64,000 nucleotides of DNA, taken from positions 170,810,001-170,874,000 of the forward strand of contig OZ024740.1 in the NCBI GenBank assembly GCA_964016885.1. The letters are read 5' to 3'. Position 1 is the first letter of the stretch. Each line of letters opens with the position of its first letter. Origin of the DNA: Eledone cirrhosa (Eukaryota). A program made the position numbers and the translations under genes. This document shows positions 57,650 through 64,000 of the stretch, piece after piece. The notes beneath the pieces were generated by a model, which ran no database searches, had not been told where the DNA came from, and saw nothing but the letters and a program-made list of their open reading frames with translations.

Positions 57650-58260
57650 CTGAGATTAAAGTCTCTACCCACTATACATATTGTACATATATCTTGGACA
57701 GCAGTCATATCGACTAGAGATCTCGGTGATTTTAGCCCGTCATTACAGTTGGTACCTCCAATGGCGACGGTGACATAGATGCTACCAAGAAGTATCCGGG
57801 TTCTTTTGGACTGGACTGTAGCATCTATTTTACTTTTGTTATTCCTGTACACATCTCAACAACCTGGGTCCAGTTGTGACGACGCCAACCTTTTGTTTAC
57901 TACTCAATAAGGGATGTATTTTTCAATTTGTTCTCAGTATGGTTCATTTTCTCATCAGCTTTCATCATGTCCATAATGGTGAATTTTCTGCTCCCCTTTT
58001 CCCTTCATGAATAATTGTTCCACGGTCTATTCTATGTCCAACAACACTCAGGAGACATTTGATCTAGCTAAACCCAAGATATCCCACACCTACTGCAATC
58101 TTCATACATCAGATGATTCCCCAAGTTCTTCATATTTTAGAAATGTTTACCATGTACCGATCTAAATTCTCTTATAAAGGCACTAAAATCTAACAATCAG
58201 GATATTTTGTGTGAAGTCAGATCATTCCAGGTCAGGGGTTTCTTCTTTCTAACAATAAGC
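57650..58260 (-). mobile_element. Probable decayed R4/Dong-type LINE 3' region (restriction-like endonuclease)
   Basis: PDL... and TIMDM..ADE...E.K motifs resembling PD..D/E-K endonuclease segments; heavily frameshifted. Confidence 0.45.
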
Positions 58261-58552
58261 CTTGGGAATGCGACGACTTTGTTCAATTCGATTTGTCCTT
58301 TTGTAGACATTGACAATTTTACATAAGGCTGGGTGCCGTGTTTGAGAATAATCATATAACTGTTTCGGAGAAAGATAAAAAAAAGCTAGATGACCTGCTT
58401 GGTGAAGCTTAAATAGATGAACATATATGTCATTAACAGCGACCACAATCCATATAAACACAACCAAACATGTTATGGGATAACTGCTAATTTAGGCAGA
58501 GAAACCTCGTGGGACACGAATGCAAAAAATATGTGAAAGCATACTGATTTAT

Positions 58553-58617
<65 letters not shown>

Positions 58618-58994
58618 AAATACGTTGCAACCGAAGGAAGACAGGAGTGCCTTGATTGAGTACTAACCTGTATATTAAAAACTCCGTGGATTGCCCATAT
58701 TGGGTTGATTTATCTTACTTGATATCACAACTAATATTACTGAATATTAGAGGCACAGATTCCAAGAGACTACGTCGAGCACAAACCCGCAAGTCCCCTT
58801 ATACATTTTGATACAATAAAACATAACTGCCTAGATAAGGAAATAGAAAGTAGAAATTGAACGTGCGGTGCAAACATTTGTCTGTTAGAATCAGTGATGT
58901 CACAGTGATATCACAGATAGTTATATGACAAATGGTGACGTCAGAAATGGTTGTTACAAGTAACGATGGCAATATGAAAGAAATAATACACAGA

Positions 58995-59737
<743 letters not shown>

Positions 59738-59845
59738 ATGTATAGTTTAAACCCTAAACAGTGAAGGTCAGTAATTTATTACCACCTTATTACCAGTAAG
59801 ATAAATAGCTCAATGTAATAACATCAGTTGTTCTACAGAGCAGTT

Positions 59846-60400
59846 ATATAGAATTCACAAGAATCAAAGCTATGTTCAAAGCATTTATTCACTTACAATT
59901 ATTTCATCCAAAGAGTGTTCGGAGCATTTTTCAATGTTTGTACACATAATTGACCTCCCTTCCAACGCAAGAGACATACAGATACATATATATATATATA
60001 TATATTGATGTACAGTGGAGTGGCATATATTATACTATACTATTTTTGTACAGCAATTCAAATTCAAAATCAAAATCAAAATTAAAATTAAAATTAAAAT
60101 ACATTCGGCAGATAACACAGATAATGCAAGAGGATAGTTTGATAGTCAGGTCTAGTAGGTAGTGTATGCGTTAGTTACACGTAGAGAATGCAAGTGTCTC
60201 TCATTTTTGTACTATTATTGTGTGGCAGGGTGTTACACGTAATGCAAGCACTTTAAGCACTTTAAGCGGGTAAGCAAGGGAGGTCAATTATGTGTACAAA
60301 CATTGAAAAATGCTCCGAAGACTTCAAGCTAAGGTTTGGATGAAACAATTGTAAGTGAATAAATGCTTTGAACATAGCTTTGATTCTTGTGAATTCTATA
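59846..60400. mobile_element. Element with ~115 bp inverted termini and HHR variant
   Basis: 59846-59962 reverse-complementary to 60276-60400; left arm has lost stem II. Confidence 0.85.
60312..60356 (+). ncRNA. Hammerhead motif with U4C core change
   Basis: gcu-CCGAAGA-c uucaagc uaag guuugga u-GAAA-caauug-UA-agu then AAUAAA. Confidence 0.6.
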
Positions 60401-60505
60401 TATATATATATGTGTGTGTGTGTGTAAATACATATACTCTTTTACTCTTTACCTGTTCCAGCCATTCGGCTGAGGCGATGGTGGGGCACCGCCCTTGCGT
60501 ATATG

Positions 60506-60591
<86 letters not shown>

Positions 60592-60592
60592 C

Positions 60593-60638
<46 letters not shown>

Positions 60639-61075
60639 ACGATTAAAATAATGTTTAAATGATTGTATATCCACAAAGTTTCTTTTTAAAAAATTATATA
60701 ATTTTATATGCAGTATTTATGTGTATCTCTAGGAAATGTTTACCAATTCGTTACTGTTCACAATAGTCCGACAGAATCCACCCTTCACGGAAATTATGTA
60801 ATATTAGGACACATTACGTAATTCGGCTTGAAATTGCTTCCTCGGCAGGCTTCTCATCAAAGAAGAGGTAAATCAGACCTGTCCGTTTCTAGGGAAAACG
60901 AAGGCGATAATTTAAAATTGAAAATTTGAATATAGTGACATCATAAATTCCTATAAAAAGAGCGTTAAAGATAAGTCTCCTTTTTTTATTAACATAAACG
61001 TCATCGTTTGGTCACATAAATATATCTATCATAATGGAACTTCAGCAAGGTTTCCGTTAATTACATGTGACTGAA

Positions 61076-61209
<134 letters not shown>

Positions 61210-61224
61210 ATATGTATGTATATA

Positions 61225-61267
<43 letters not shown>

Positions 61268-61296
61268 ATATATATGTATATATGTATATATATATG

Positions 61297-61327
<31 letters not shown>

Positions 61328-61354
61328 TTCTAGGGCGGGTAAAATTCCCGAGAT

Positions 61355-61402
<48 letters not shown>

Positions 61403-61405
<3 letters not shown>

Positions 61406-62990
61406 TTATACTTTGGGAGGGTCATGCTGCCAATAAAAACACGCGCACCTGTTTGTTTTCACTTCAATTTATTATAGAATTCCGGTTGGTTGGTTGCTCG
61501 GTTGGTTCGATAACCGGAAGGTTGTTTGTATATTGTCAAAGCTCTTTCGTAACATAATCTGTGACCTCCTCGGTGACGAGGTTTTTATTTTTAGTTCTTT
61601 CCTTTGTTCTGTCCTATACCGTCTTGTTTTTGCGTGTTGTGTGCTTAGTTTGCGCATGCTTTACATCCGGGTGTGTGTGTGATTTTATTTATATATGTGT
61701 TTATTTACTTGTCACTAGTTGGTTGGTTGTTCTATCTGTGTGTGTCTGATTTGTTTTGTTAGTTTGGTTTAGTTTGTTAGTTTGTGTGTGACTGTATGTC
61801 TTCATTTTGTCCTTAATTACTAGCTGTGATGTTGCTATTCCACTCATGTTTTCTGTTTAATTTTGGTTGGATTTCTTTTATGTTTGTCGCCTTTGTGATT
61901 TGTCTGTGTGTGGATATAATTTTTATCTCTATGTTCTCTAATGTGCCCCTATGCTCTATTTTGGTATGTTGGTGGAATAGGAATAAGGCAAATAAAATAA
62001 ACTCATTTTATGATAAATATCAGAGTGTAATGTTCGTCAACATAACTCCTAGAAGCGAACTAGCTTACAGATTTAGAAGGGCCCTAGACAAATTAAATAT
62101 TAATATAGTTGAAAGACCAGGTATTCCCATAAAAATCCTAATTAAAAAAACATATCCATTTCAAAGATCTCCCTGTGCTGATAGGAAATGCAGAATGTGC
62201 AAGCTAAGTCCGCAATCTAACTGCAAAACCAGGAACATAGTATATAGCATAAGATATACTGAGGGACAGTGTAGGAATAAGAATATAACATACATAGGTG
62301 AAACAGCCCGTAGCATAAGAGAAATGATAAGTGAACACTGGCGAGAACTCCAGGATGGGAAAAACTCAGCAGTTCTTCACCAACATACCAAAATAGAGCA
62401 TAGGGGCACATTAGAGAACATAGAGATAACAATTATATCCACACACAGAAAAGATGCAATGCTCAGACAAATCACAGAGGCGACAAACATAAACGAACTC
62501 CAACCAAAATTAAACAGAAGACATGAGTGGAATAGTAACATCACAACTAGTAATTAAGGATAAAATGAAGACATACAGTCACACAAAAACAAAACTAACA
62601 AAACAAATCAGACACACACAGATAGAACAAACAACCAACTAGTGACAAGTAAATAAACAAATAAATAAATACATAAGAACACACATGATGTAACGCATGC
62701 GCAATCTAAGCACAAAACACACAACACACAAAAACAGGATGATGTAGGACAGGACAAAGGAGAGACCCAAAAATATAAAAACCTAGTCACTGAGGAGGCC
62801 ACAGAGTGTGTTACAGAAGAGTTTTGACAATATATAAACATCCTTCCGGAAATTTATTATAAATTGAAATGAAAATTAACAGGTGCGTGAGTTTTTATTG
62901 GCAGCATGACCCTCCCAAAGTATAACAATATCTGTTTCAACAAACGTTTTCAGATAAGGAATCATGCAAAACAAATTCAAAAATGAAGTA
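61403..62990 (+). mobile_element. Penelope-like element family P1 with 5' inverted arm
   Basis: 61403-61974 is an inverted copy of ~62378-62927; sense GIY-YIG fragment between; degenerate HHR cores at ~61544-61586 and ~62786-62828. Confidence 0.92.
61973..62557 (+). pseudogene. PLE GIY-YIG endonuclease domain (open frame, RT missing)
   Basis: NIVYSIRY...YIGETARSIREMISEH...RQITEATNI...PKLN; close paralog of 41501-42130. Confidence 0.9.
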
Positions 62991-63473
62991 TATATATATA
63001 CATATATACATATACATATATACATTGTTTGGTTTCAACATTGTTGATTTGATACAAGGTTTATGCCACAAGTATGTCATATATAGTTAAACCGAAATCA
63101 TTATCCGACACATTAATATTGCTGCCTAAGGTCACATATGCTATATGATAGAGGCGTCTTAAGGAAAAGCTTCTTAACCGACAGACAACATAAAAAACAG
63201 CTATCTAATGTTTGGCATTTACAGTATATACTCTCTATTTAGACAATTACTTACGGTAATACATATAGGTTTTCTTAGATATTCATAACATCTCGTATTT
63301 ATAAGAGAGATTGGAAAAAGCGTGGTGACATTTATGCCATAACTAAAGTTATTAATGATGTAGAGGAAATGAGAAAAACTGAGAGTAAATATTGTGTGGT
63401 AGAATCAGCTTGATTGGTTAAATAAGGTAAATAGAATATGGAATTCTGTAAGAAATCCTGTATATACATACAA

Positions 63474-63588
<115 letters not shown>

Positions 63589-63598
63589 CATATATGTA

Positions 63599-63678
<80 letters not shown>

Positions 63679-64000
63679 TATAGATATATAGATATAAATA
63701 CATACATACATGCATACATACATATACATATAAATATATATATATACATGTGTGCGACAAATGTATAAATATTTGAGAGGAACCTTCTCAGCAAACCAGT
63801 TGAACAAGTTTTATGCACACGCCTTGTATATATATATATATGTATGTGTGTACGCGCCCGCGTGTGTGTGTGTATACGCGCGTGTGTGTGTTTGTGTGTG
63901 TACGCGTGTGTGTGTTTGTGTGTGCATTTATGTTTATGTGTGTTTATGGAGGATGAAAGATGGATATACATACATAAATACATACACACATCCATACATA

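Noticed and set aside
61826-61972. Hydrophobic N-terminus of the 243 aa ORF suggesting a membrane-anchored nuclease
   Set aside because: It is the antisense translation of the inverted arm, fused by chance to the GIY-YIG fragment

Overview
AT-rich eukaryotic, repeat-saturated DNA with no intact host protein-coding gene that I can support. The very long (TA)n/(CA)n/(GATA)n tracts and the SINE/LINE repertoire look like an octopus/cephalopod genome (inference from recalled repeat motifs, not verified). Almost all supplied ORFs are microsatellite translation artefacts ([12 protein letters not shown]). Real content: tRNA-derived SINEs, decayed LINEs (R4/Dong, RTE, CR1-group, L1/Tx1), a non-autonomous Helitron, several Penelope-like element (PLE) fragments with GIY-YIG endonuclease, and a 200-N gap. 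The main hidden signal is an RNA-level system: about 16 type I hammerhead ribozyme (HHR) motifs, folded by hand, in at least 10 otherwise unrelated short elements. Most sit in fold-back (inverted) elements abutting (TA)n tracts, often directly upstream of AATAAA/ATTAAA, and many show non-canonical features (mismatch at core pair 10.1-11.1, 50-80 nt stem II, U3-A8/U3.G8 variation). Also notable: a Tx1-type LINE apparently targeting (GATA)n, and a decayed, unidentified minus-strand coding family in 3-4 copies. Coordinates of decayed elements are approximate; no ribozyme activity is demonstrated.
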